Both the position numbers and the translations under genes were made by a program. DNA of 48,569 nt from NCBI GenBank assembly GCA_005239745.1, contig SBBL01000055.1, positions 1 to 48,569 on the forward strand, in the 5' to 3' direction. The DNA comes from Candidatus Troglogloeales bacterium (GTDB taxonomy: Bacteria; Nitrospirota; Nitrospiria; SBBL01). Below, in pieces: positions 7,374-16,600 of this stretch (position 1 is the first letter of the stretch; each line of letters opens with the position of its first letter). The notes under the pieces are model-generated. The model was not told the DNA's origin. It saw only the letters and a program-made list of their open reading frames with translations, and ran no database searches.

Positions 7374-8753
7374 ATGAGAAAAATAGCATGTGGGTTATAT
7401 TGGGGTTCTGTCGTACCGGCGGCGTTGTTCCTGGGCCTCTTGATTATTGGAGCCTATGGTGTTGGGTCCCGTGCGTGGGCACACCCAGCGGAGGTAGTTA
7501 TTCCTGCGCCGTTCACTGAAGAAGGAATGTTAGCCGCGCATGGTGTGATCCCGGTGCCTCCGCCGCCGCCGCCTCCCGACCACTTCCTGTGTTACAGGAT
7601 CATGGGGGATCCCGCGGGTGTAATCGTTGATCTCAAGGACCAGTTTGACGTAGAACGAGACATTACAGTGAAAGACCCAAGGATGCTCTGCAACCCGTCG
7701 CAGAAGAAACATGACGGCAAGACTACCGAGATCAAGAACCCTACGGTACACTTAACAGGGTTTGCAATCACAGATGAAGTTGTGCCTAGAACGGTAACCG
7801 TAAAGAACCAATTTGGGGAGCAAGTGTTGAGCCTTAAAAATCCAAAGATTCTCCTTGTGCCGACCGAGAAGAATGGGGAACTCCCGCCTCACGTAGTACC
7901 GGCAGGTGATGACCATCTCGTGACGGACCCGGAACGAACCTATCAGGACATCCAGATACCACCCGACTTCTTTGGTCACGGGTCCGATCCCTTCACGGGG
8001 AGGATCCGACTTCAGGGGACCCCGATCCCAAGTGCGGCGGCTGCCGACACGATAATACGGCGACTGGAAGACGTCAGTCTTCCACCACCCTTTCCATCGT
8101 CGGCGACGGTTCCCATCGAAATAGTTGCGCTCTCACTGGTGAGTGTGGAGCCTATTAGGGTCACCTACGGAGGGATGCCACTCTGGCAAGAGTTCTGGGA
8201 TGTGCATGTCTCGCTTGCCCCCAAACAATCACCGAGTTCTATGACGATCACCCGAAAAGACGCCAGTGGAGGTACGTTTGATTCCACTCTACAGGTAACA
8301 CCGATACTCATGTTCCGTCGTAACGACGGGGCTATGCGTACCATGGATAACCTGCCACCGATCACCTTTAGGGCTTCCGGTGTCGCCTGGGACCAGACGT
8401 CTCCTTCCCATGTGGTGGGTATTGACCACTTCAAGTGTTACGAAGCCATGGGGATGCCTATAGATAAAATGGTTGACCTTAAAGATCAGTTCGGATCAGA
8501 GCCGATGACCCGGGTGAGAGTTCCGAAGTTCTTCTGTAACCCGGTGGAAAAGACAAGAAGAGACACCGGCGAGGTTACGGGAATTCTTCATCCAAAAGAT
8601 CATTTGACCTGTTACAGTACCGAGAGCAACGTTGACAAGCGGGGTATCAACATAAAAACCCAGTTTGGCACTCAGAGGGTGAAAATCCGAAAGCCGGTAC
8701 CTAGGCTTCTTTGTGTGCCATCTGATAAGACCGCGTTTACTTCGGGCGGTTAA
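7374..8753 (+). CDS. Secreted hypothetical protein with poly-Pro linker and four copies of a DHF(x)CY...DQFG...LCxPxxK module
   Basis: Strong RBS (aaaggaggg) and an N-terminal signal-like hydrophobic segment. A run of P residues appears in VPPPPPPPD. The internal repeats are visible in the translation, as detailed in the finding for this gene. Confidence 0.75.
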   Translation: MRKIACGLYWGSVVPAALFLGLLIIGAYGVGSRAWAHPAEVVIPAPFTEEGMLAAHGVIPVPPPPPPPDHFLCYRIMGDPAGVIVDLKDQFDVERDITVKDPRMLCNPSQKKHDGKTTEIKNPTVHLTGFAITDEVVPRTVTVKNQFGEQVLSLKNPKILLVPTEKNGELPPHVVPAGDDHLVTDPERTYQDIQIPPDFFGHGSDPFTGRIRLQGTPIPSAAAADTIIRRLEDVSLPPPFPSSATVPIEIVALSLVSVEPIRVTYGGMPLWQEFWDVHVSLAPKQSPSSMTITRKDASGGTFDSTLQVTPILMFRRNDGAMRTMDNLPPITFRASGVAWDQTSPSHVVGIDHFKCYEAMGMPIDKMVDLKDQFGSEPMTRVRVPKFFCNPVEKTRRDTGEVTGILHPKDHLTCYSTESNVDKRGINIKTQFGTQRVKIRKPVPRLLCVPSDKTAFTSGG

Positions 8754-8769
8754 TTTTCACTATTGTTTT

Positions 8770-8812
8770 CTGGTCCGTTGGTCTACCTCAATGAGGCAGA
8801 CCAACGGACCAG
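8770..8812 (+). terminator. Rho-independent-type terminator after the secreted repeat protein gene
   Basis: Perfect 15-bp stem (ctggtccgttggtct / agaccaacggaccag) followed by GTTTGTAT. It lies 17 nt after the stop. Confidence 0.6.
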
Positions 8813-8893
8813 GTTTGTATGACGCGACAAACCTGGTATTTGAAGGAGCATCTGGGGAAATAAACATCCACTAAGTGATCCACTTAAGGCGTT

Positions 8894-10861
8894 ATGATCG
8901 AGAGCGTTATGAGGTTAAAAACCACTCGGTTATTAGCGATGTTTGCCCTTCTCAGTCTGGGGTCTATGTACCTGAATCCGAGAGGGGTTCCCATACCCGC
9001 TACCTCACTTCGTTTTCAGGACGTTTCTCTTACCTCCGGTTCTCTCAATACCCATTCCATGGTAAAGCTTTCGCAAAAGTTTAATGGCATCATGCCGTGG
9101 CTTTCATCCGTAGGCGCTTCAGTGGCTGCTGGAGATTTCAACAATGACGGTCTGACTGACTTTTATGTCACGAACTCCGGACGGAATTCGCAGAATCGTC
9201 TCTTTCGTAATTTGGGAGAGGGCAAGTTTGAAGAGGTGGCTTCCCAGGCGAAAGTCGCCGATTGCAATCGTGAAGGGGCCTCGATGGATGCCATTTTCTT
9301 TGACTACGATAACGACGGGGACCAAGACCTCTACGTTGTCAAGTGGGGAGGCTCAAATATCCTGTTTGAGAACCAAGCGGACGGAACGTTTCGGGACGTT
9401 ACCCAACGGGCGGGAGCCGGCTATCGGGGATACGCCAATGGAGTGATTGCATTTGATTATAACCGGGACGGCCTGCTTGATATATTTATTACAAACTATT
9501 TTTCAGAGGACATCGAGGACCCCTCCACGGGTCAGCGCGTGCGCAATGACCTCTGGAACCCTGTTACCACACGCATCATGCACACGACGTTTACACATGC
9601 CATTAACGGTGGGAAAAATGTCCTTTATAAAAACGGTGGAGACGGGACGTTCAAAGAGGTGACCGACCAGACCGGGCTGGGTCACACGGGGTGGTCGCTT
9701 GATGTTGGCGCGGGGGATTTAAACAACGATGGATGGCCCGACCTTTACATTGCAAACGATTTCGGCGCCGATGAACTTTACTTTAACACGGGGGCATCAG
9801 AGACTTCGCCTCGGTTTCGCCTTGTGATTGACAAAGACGGCCATCCCGGTATCGGTCATGACTGGTGGAAGGGGATGAACGTTGATATCGGGGATATTGA
9901 TAGAAATGGTCGGTTGGATATCTATGTAACGAACATCTTGGCGCGACGGTATAAAACGGATGAAGGGAACATGCTGTGGCTGAATTATTCCGATCCCGCG
10001 AAGATAGGCGGCAGCCGATTTTTCAATCGGAGCCGTGAAGTCGGCACCCATGACGGTGGATGGGGATGGGGCGGAAAGTTTGCCGATTTCAATAACGACG
10101 GATGGCTTGATATTTTTGCCGTGAACGGGTTCGTCAGCGGGCCTGATCCAAACGATACCTACTGGTACCAACTCCAGGAGATGGTGACACAAACAAAAAA
10201 TAATGCCGCTGATGTTAAGGATTGGCCTGATATGGGAGATCGAGACTTATCCGGTTACGAACCGAGTCGCCTGTTTATCCAAATACCGCCTTCCTCTACC
10301 CTACAACAAGAGAATATATCTCCGGATTCCCAGACAAGAATGTCTGGGTCACCTTACGTGTTGCCTAGATTTGTTGAAATGGCCGAGGTTTCAGGCATTA
10401 CGGACCTTTATAATGGCCGTGGCATTGCACTTGCCGATTACGACGACGATGGCGATATGGATTTCTACATCGCCAATCAAGGTGCGGCAAGTAACTTATA
10501 CCAAAACAATTTATTGGCCGGTGCACAAACGGTACGGAAAGAAATGCACTGGGTCGGTCTGAAACTGGTTGGCAGCCCGGATAAACCGCGACGGGTGGGC
10601 AACCGTCGGTTTGCAAGCAACAAGGACGCGGTAGGCGTTAGAGTCGAGTTGTGGGTCAACGGTACATGCCGGATACATGAGCTGAATTATTTTAACGGTT
10701 TTGCCTCTCAGAGCGATAAAAGGGTGCACTTTGGTTTGGGTAAGGCGCAGGCTGTTGACCGGCTCGTGATCACCTGGCCCAGTGGACGGAGAGAAACCAT
10801 AGGAGGGATGGAGGTGCCGATCAACCGGTACCATACCATTATTGAAGGAAAGAGCCGATGA
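8894..10861 (+). CDS. FG-GAP/VCBS beta-propeller protein with C-terminal ASPIC/UnbV domain (CRTAC1 family; enediyne cassette UnbV/E4-like)
   Basis: Signal-like N-terminus. Seven DxNxDGxxD-type blades are present (GDFNNDGLTDFYVTN, FDYDNDGDQDLYVV, FDYNRDGLLDIFITN, GDLNNDGWPDLYIAN, GDIDRNGRLDIYVTN, ADFNNDGWLDIFAVN, ADYDDDGDMDFYIAN). The C-terminus reads GVRVELWVNG...NGFASQSDKRVHFGLG...VITWPSGR. Confidence 0.85.
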   Translation: MIESVMRLKTTRLLAMFALLSLGSMYLNPRGVPIPATSLRFQDVSLTSGSLNTHSMVKLSQKFNGIMPWLSSVGASVAAGDFNNDGLTDFYVTNSGRNSQNRLFRNLGEGKFEEVASQAKVADCNREGASMDAIFFDYDNDGDQDLYVVKWGGSNILFENQADGTFRDVTQRAGAGYRGYANGVIAFDYNRDGLLDIFITNYFSEDIEDPSTGQRVRNDLWNPVTTRIMHTTFTHAINGGKNVLYKNGGDGTFKEVTDQTGLGHTGWSLDVGAGDLNNDGWPDLYIANDFGADELYFNTGASETSPRFRLVIDKDGHPGIGHDWWKGMNVDIGDIDRNGRLDIYVTNILARRYKTDEGNMLWLNYSDPAKIGGSRFFNRSREVGTHDGGWGWGGKFADFNNDGWLDIFAVNGFVSGPDPNDTYWYQLQEMVTQTKNNAADVKDWPDMGDRDLSGYEPSRLFIQIPPSSTLQQENISPDSQTRMSGSPYVLPRFVEMAEVSGITDLYNGRGIALADYDDDGDMDFYIANQGAASNLYQNNLLAGAQTVRKEMHWVGLKLVGSPDKPRRVGNRRFASNKDAVGVRVELWVNGTCRIHELNYFNGFASQSDKRVHFGLGKAQAVDRLVITWPSGRRETIGGMEVPINRYHTIIEGKSR

Positions 10862-11865
10862 AGTTTCGCTTAAAAATCATTGCAGGTATGGTCCTTTTGG
10901 GTTTGTTGGTTGTGGTGGCCTATCTGCGTTCGGGCTTACTGGATTTACCTGCCGTACGGAAGGGGGTTACTGCAATGGACGCCGGTCTCCTGGGTCTTAA
11001 TGAGATGAAGGCTATGGACGAAGTCGTTGCAACCGGTCGGGCAAGTGATGGCCGTAACGGTGCGATTGCCATTGCCGCGTTAGGCGTGGCCCATATCCGT
11101 CTTGGAGAAAGCGAGCGGGGGATCCGACAACTGCAGAAAGCCGTGCAAACCGATCCCACCAATTTAGTCCTGGGGAATACTCTAAGAATGGAGGTATTGC
11201 AACTAAAGCGCCGGTGGCTCAGAGAAAGGGCGGACAACGGTGAAATTGCACTTGATTTTCCAGATTATCTTAATGACGAGCCGATCCGTTTTTTTAGGGA
11301 ACTTGTGAGGACACACCCGACGCGTGAGGCAAAACTCCAACTTGCGCTTGGCCTTGTTGACCACATGCTACTGTTTCCGGCGCTTGAAATTAAGGCGCCT
11401 GCCAGTGTTGAGGCAGTCGAAATCCTTACGGACATTTTGCGGGATCGCAAAATCAACAATGCCTACTATATTCCGGCATTGTATGCGCGTGGACTGAACT
11501 ATCTGTACCGACCGTTTAATCTTGTCTGGCCCGAGAAAATAGCGGCCCCTCCCGACGCGGCGAGCAAGGACCTTGCCGCCGTGGTGGCCATCGCCCAAAA
11601 AGTTGGCGTGGGCTCCAATACGCTCAAGGCTGAAGTTGCCTTAACTCTAGGAGATGCTTACGCGAAGGAGGGCAAATCGAGCCTTGCGCGATCATGGTGG
11701 CAAATCGCAAACAACATGGTACAAGACAAGCGGTTGCGTGAACGCGTGTTTCTTCGTTTGAAGTGGCCAGACGATGATATGCGTACTAATCTCGAACAAG
11801 TCTTCGAACGTCAAATGGAGGATCTGGATCACCCCTTAAGCGATTTGAGGTTTATGTGGCTATGA
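10858..11865 (+). CDS. Membrane-anchored helical (TPR-like) hypothetical protein
   Basis: The ATGA start/stop overlap with the upstream gene indicates translational coupling. There is one N-terminal TM segment, and the rest is helical repeat-like. I recognise no catalytic motif. Confidence 0.6.
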   Translation: MKFRLKIIAGMVLLGLLVVVAYLRSGLLDLPAVRKGVTAMDAGLLGLNEMKAMDEVVATGRASDGRNGAIAIAALGVAHIRLGESERGIRQLQKAVQTDPTNLVLGNTLRMEVLQLKRRWLRERADNGEIALDFPDYLNDEPIRFFRELVRTHPTREAKLQLALGLVDHMLLFPALEIKAPASVEAVEILTDILRDRKINNAYYIPALYARGLNYLYRPFNLVWPEKIAAPPDAASKDLAAVVAIAQKVGVGSNTLKAEVALTLGDAYAKEGKSSLARSWWQIANNMVQDKRLRERVFLRLKWPDDDMRTNLEQVFERQMEDLDHPLSDLRFMWL

Positions 11866-12743
11866 GTTTGGTAAACCGGATAGCCGAACAAAGAAAGATT
11901 GAGTTTGTAGTCCCCAGCCTGCGTGACCCGCGCGTGATGCTCTTTGTCGCGCTCTCCACTTGGACGATCCTTGGACAAGAGGTCCTTTATTTTAACAGGA
12001 GTACGGAGCAAATCATTGTCGCACTGGTCACCTGTACGCTTCTCGATTTGATGCTGGGTCTCATCACCGTAGGCAAGATTCTCATTCCCTTGAGTGGCGC
12101 CATTACCGGTCTTAGTTTAGGTATTTTATTGGAAAGCTATGACACCCATGTTTTTGTCGTTGCCTCGGTCTGGGCGATTGCGTCAAAACACCTCATCCAG
12201 GTGAGGGGCCAAAACCTGTTTAACCCATCCAATTTTGGTGTTGTCGCCGTTATTCTGTTGAGTCATGGTCTTGCGACGGTCACTCCGGGATCGCAGTGGG
12301 GAGGTTATTTTCGCTATGCGGTTATCATCTTCATCATCGGGATGGTCATGATGTGGCGGGTAAAGCGGTTACCCTTGGTGGTCGGGTGGCTTACGGGCTA
12401 CATCCTAATGGGACTGCTTCGAATGGCCGTGGGACAGGGAGGACTCGTCTTTGTCCTCGGTCCGATGACCGGGGCTGAATTTACGCTGTTTACCTTTTCG
12501 ATGATCCCTGATCCTAAGACCTCTCCTTCCGAGACATCCTCTCAGATGGGATGGGGACTTACGCTTGGAATACTTGATGGAATCTTGCGATTGGTGGAAT
12601 TGCGATTTTCCATGTTTTATTCGTTGTTCGTCCTCTGCGCGATACGTCCATGGTTTGGGGTCGTCAACGAAAGGTTTTTAAACTTAATAGCTGCGTTTGG
12701 GACAACCCGTGTACGGGTTCCTTCCGGCAACAAAGCCGGCTAA
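11862..12743 (+). CDS. Polytopic membrane protein, RnfD/NqrB-like fold (enediyne cassette UnbU/E5-like candidate)
   Basis: About 8 predicted TM helices. NLFNPSNFG and FSMIPDPKTSP resemble the FNPA and TDPxT motifs of RnfD/NqrB. The ATGA overlap with the upstream stop supports a start at 11862, with an alternative GTG at 11856. Confidence 0.6.
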   Translation: MSLVNRIAEQRKIEFVVPSLRDPRVMLFVALSTWTILGQEVLYFNRSTEQIIVALVTCTLLDLMLGLITVGKILIPLSGAITGLSLGILLESYDTHVFVVASVWAIASKHLIQVRGQNLFNPSNFGVVAVILLSHGLATVTPGSQWGGYFRYAVIIFIIGMVMMWRVKRLPLVVGWLTGYILMGLLRMAVGQGGLVFVLGPMTGAEFTLFTFSMIPDPKTSPSETSSQMGWGLTLGILDGILRLVELRFSMFYSLFVLCAIRPWFGVVNERFLNLIAAFGTTRVRVPSGNKAG

Positions 12744-12755
12744 AGGCTCCACGAA

Positions 12756-13673
12756 ATGATGACCCGCCTTCTTTCATGGTGGATTACAAGAATGATTCGT
12801 CGGATGGAATTTCCCTATCAGGCCAAGGATGGATGGGTTGTTTCAAACGGCATTCTCCAAACCTTTAGTAGAGGATGCACTATCGGATTGAGGGGATATG
12901 CGTATGATATCTTTCAAAAAGAGGCCCAGTCACTCCCGTGGAATCTGCGGGCCTTTTTCCATGAAGGCCATGCCATGGGTGCGGCAGGAAGATCGGCCTG
13001 CTCCCTACGTAAACAAAACCCGGAGTTGACGATGCAATCACAGGATTACCAGGTGATGCGTTTTGTGGGGTATGGGTTTTGGAAGGGGGTTGCGATGACC
13101 TACCCCGCACCCCGTCTTCCAGAGAACGGTTGGTATTGGAAAGATGTGCCCTCGTATCTAAAATGTCGGCTGCTCATCGCAAATGGACTCGGTTTTTCCA
13201 TGGTTTTATTTGCAAGAAAATTTGATCAGAACATGAAGCGCCGTTTGCTGGCCCAACAAGATGCCCGGTGGCAAGAAGCCCTCTTCCAGGGTGTCGGTAG
13301 GGTCCTATGGTTCTTGTATCTGAACAATTTTCTTGTCCTGAGAGAGGTACTTGCAGGAAATACGGACGTCGCAGAACCGCTCGGAATTGGGCTAGGGCTT
13401 GCCATCGCCTTCACACAAATAACAACACCGGACAGGATACTCCATGCCGTCGGTGAATTTGGACCATCGGATCAACGGAATCTTAAACGGGGCGCGGGAA
13501 TTGCCTTGCAAGTCCACGCAAGTAACGATCCGGAGTGTAAAGTTTGGGTAGAACGGATTATCAAGGGTGACCTTATAAACTGGTACGAAGGGGCTTCCGA
13601 TGCGGCGCTTTCCGCGGGAGAAGGGGCGGATTGGTATCCGCGATATCACGAACTAACGAAACGCTTTGTTTAA
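12756..13673 (+). CDS. Hypothetical helical-repeat protein, possible UnbL/E3 (DUF1702-like) equivalent
   Basis: 305 aa with recurring small-residue motifs (GHAMGAAG, GYGFWKG, NGLGFS, QGVGRV, GIGLGLA, GAGIAL). Its stop overlaps the PKS start (TAATG). The family assignment comes from size, position and memory of DUF1702, not from an alignment. Confidence 0.45.
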   Translation: MMTRLLSWWITRMIRRMEFPYQAKDGWVVSNGILQTFSRGCTIGLRGYAYDIFQKEAQSLPWNLRAFFHEGHAMGAAGRSACSLRKQNPELTMQSQDYQVMRFVGYGFWKGVAMTYPAPRLPENGWYWKDVPSYLKCRLLIANGLGFSMVLFARKFDQNMKRRLLAQQDARWQEALFQGVGRVLWFLYLNNFLVLREVLAGNTDVAEPLGIGLGLAIAFTQITTPDRILHAVGEFGPSDQRNLKRGAGIALQVHASNDPECKVWVERIIKGDLINWYEGASDAALSAGEGADWYPRYHELTKRFV

Positions 13674-16600
13674 TGAAAAAGGATATAGGTCAGGGCATTG
13701 CAATTATAGGAATGGGATGTCGCTATCCCGACGCCCGTTCACCGGGTGAATTGTGGGAGAATGTGCTTGCCAAGCGCCAGGCGTTTCGGCGTATGCCACC
13801 GGAGCGTCTGCGTCTAGAGGACTATCTATCCGTTGATCGTAGTGTTCCCGACTCCATCTATTCAACTGAAGTTGCACTCCTTGAGGGTTATGAGTTTGAC
13901 CGGCTTTCCTTTCAGGTCTCTCTAAGTACATTCCGTTCCGCGGACCTCGCCCACTGGCTGGCACTGGACACCGCTGCTTGCGCGTTAACCGATGCCGGGT
14001 TTCCAAACGGAGAAGGACTCCCACGCGATACGACAGGCGTGTGCTTGGGAAACACGCTCACCGGAGAGTTTTCACGAACGAATATTATGCGTCTGCGATG
14101 GCCCTATGTGCGCCGAGTCATGGAAAAAGCCATCGTTCAGGAGAATTGGTCGCCGGGAAAATGTCGTGCTTTTTTCGATAAGCTGGAAGATGTCTATAAG
14201 AGGCCGTTCCCTCCCGTGGATGAAGAAACCCTTGCCGGGGGTCTGTCGAATACCATTGCCGGGCGTATCTGTAACTATTTTGATCTGAAGGGATGTGGCT
14301 ACACGGTGGACGGGGCTTGCTCTTCATCGCTTTTGGCCGTCACCAGTGCCTGTTCGGCACTTCTTACGGGAGACCTGGACGTTGCACTTGCCGGAGGGGT
14401 GGATTTAAGTCTGGACCCGTTTGAGCTTGTGGGATTTGCCAAAATGGGTGCACTGGCGTCCCATGAAATGCGGGTTTACGATGCTCATTCCGAAGGTTTT
14501 TGGCCGGGTGAAGGGTGTGGATTTGTTGTATTGATGCGTTACAGGGAGGCCGTGGAGAAAGGCCGCCGCATCTACGGGGTGATTCGTGGTTTTGGGATCT
14601 CCTCGGATGGAAGCGGTGGAATCACCCGCCCAGAGGTGAACGGGCAACTCCTAATGTTAAACCGCGCCTATCGCCGGGCAGGGTTTGGCATTGAAACCGT
14701 GACTTACTTTGAAGGGCATGGTACGGGTACGGAGGTGGGCGATACTACCGAGCTTAGGGCGCTTTCCCGTGCTCGCCGGGAAGCAGGTCGGAGCGCCGAC
14801 TGCGGGTCGAATACTCTTGCTACCATTGGTTCCATTAAAGCTAACATTGGACACACAAAAGCGGCTGCCGGGGTGGCCGGTCTTATCAAGGCCACGATGG
14901 CGCTGTATACCCAAATCTTGCCCCCCACGACCGGCTGTGAAACCCCTCACCCGGAACTAACGGCAGACACTGCTATCGTTCAGATACAGGAGAAAGGTAA
15001 ATCCTGGCCGGCTCATTGCCCGCTCCGCGCGGGCGTTAGCGCTATGGGTTTCGGCGGGATCAACACGCATATCGTTCTGGAGGGAATTGCCAATAAGCGG
15101 CGCAAGAGACTCAGCCGCCGGGAGAATGTCCTTTTATCTTCCTTCCAGGACGCTGAATTGTTTCTCATCGGCGCTCAGGATAGAGACGATCTCCGAAGAC
15201 AGGTTGAACACTTATTGAGCTTGGCGCCTCGACTTTCCAGAGCGGAGCTGACCGACTTGGCCGCCGAATCGGCACGCCGACTGCGGTCGGAGCGCCAACT
15301 GCGGATGGAAAGAGGACCAAATGGTAGTAAGATGCGGGCAGCGGTTTTGGCATCCACCCCCGCGGAGTTAACGGCCGCTCTTGAAACGTTGAGATTGCGA
15401 TTGATAAGCGGTGCTAGGGCAGAGATGGATATCCGTTCCGGCATATTTCTGGGGACGGAGACAAATACACCCGGTATTGGGTTTCTTTTCCCGGGGCAGG
15501 GCATCCCGGCGCATCTTAATGGAGGGGCCCTGCGGTATCGCTTTGATAGGGTACAGGATCTGTTTACGGAAAAGGACCTTTCTATAACCACAGAGGTCAT
15601 CGGAACGGACGTAGCACAACCCGCCATTGCCGCGGCTTCCTTGGCGGGTCTCCGGGTACTGACGATGCTTGGCGTTGGGGCACGGATTGCTGTTGGACAC
15701 AGTTTGGGTGAGCTGGTTGCCTACCATTGGGCGTCTGCTCTGGATGAGTCGGCGCTGCTTCGGATTGCAACCGTCCGAGGGATGGCAATGGCACGGTTGG
15801 ATCGTCCCGTTGGTGCAATGGCCGGTATCACGGCGGGGCAGCACGAAGTCGAAAGACTGTTCGAGGGGGAACCTGTTGTCATAGCCTGTCTGAACGCGCC
15901 CGGTCAGACGGTCATCTCCGGGGAGACGAATGCCGTAGCCAGAGTCGTAGCCCGTGCACGAACAAAAGGGCTAAAGACAGTGAACCTGCCTGTCTTACAT
16001 GCGTTTCATTCTCCGTTGGTGGCTGCAGCGGCACCCGTGCTGGCAAGCCAGCTTTCAGGTGAGGTCTTTCATCCTCTGCAACGGACTGTCGTATCCACTG
16101 TCACCGGAGCGACCCTTATACCCGGTCAAGATCTACGGAGTCTACTCTATAGGCAGGTGACACAACCCGTACGATTTGTAGAGGCAGTGACTGTGGCAGA
16201 AAAGCAAGTGGATCTTTTTATTGAGGTGGGGCCGGGGGCTGTACTTTGCGGACTCATCGGTGGGTTTGTAAAGACCCCTGCCGTTGCTTTAGATGTCTGC
16301 GGGTCCTCCTTAAAAGGCCTCTTGAAAGCCGTTGGAGCCGCCTTTGTCTTAGGAGCCCCGGTCAACCACAAAGCCCTGTTTGCCGGGCGCTTTACACGAT
16401 CCTTTAGCCTGGATTGGCGTCCACGGTTCTTCGTTAATCCCTGTGAACTGGCACCTATCCCCGAGACGGCTTCGCAGTGTACAGAGAGGGGACGCAAAGA
16501 TAGCAAGGTTACCGTCCATTCATCGGTTCATTACCCACAAGCAGGAATGCCCGCCCCACCTTCTATTGCCGAATTGCCCTTAGACCTTATTCGCCGACTG

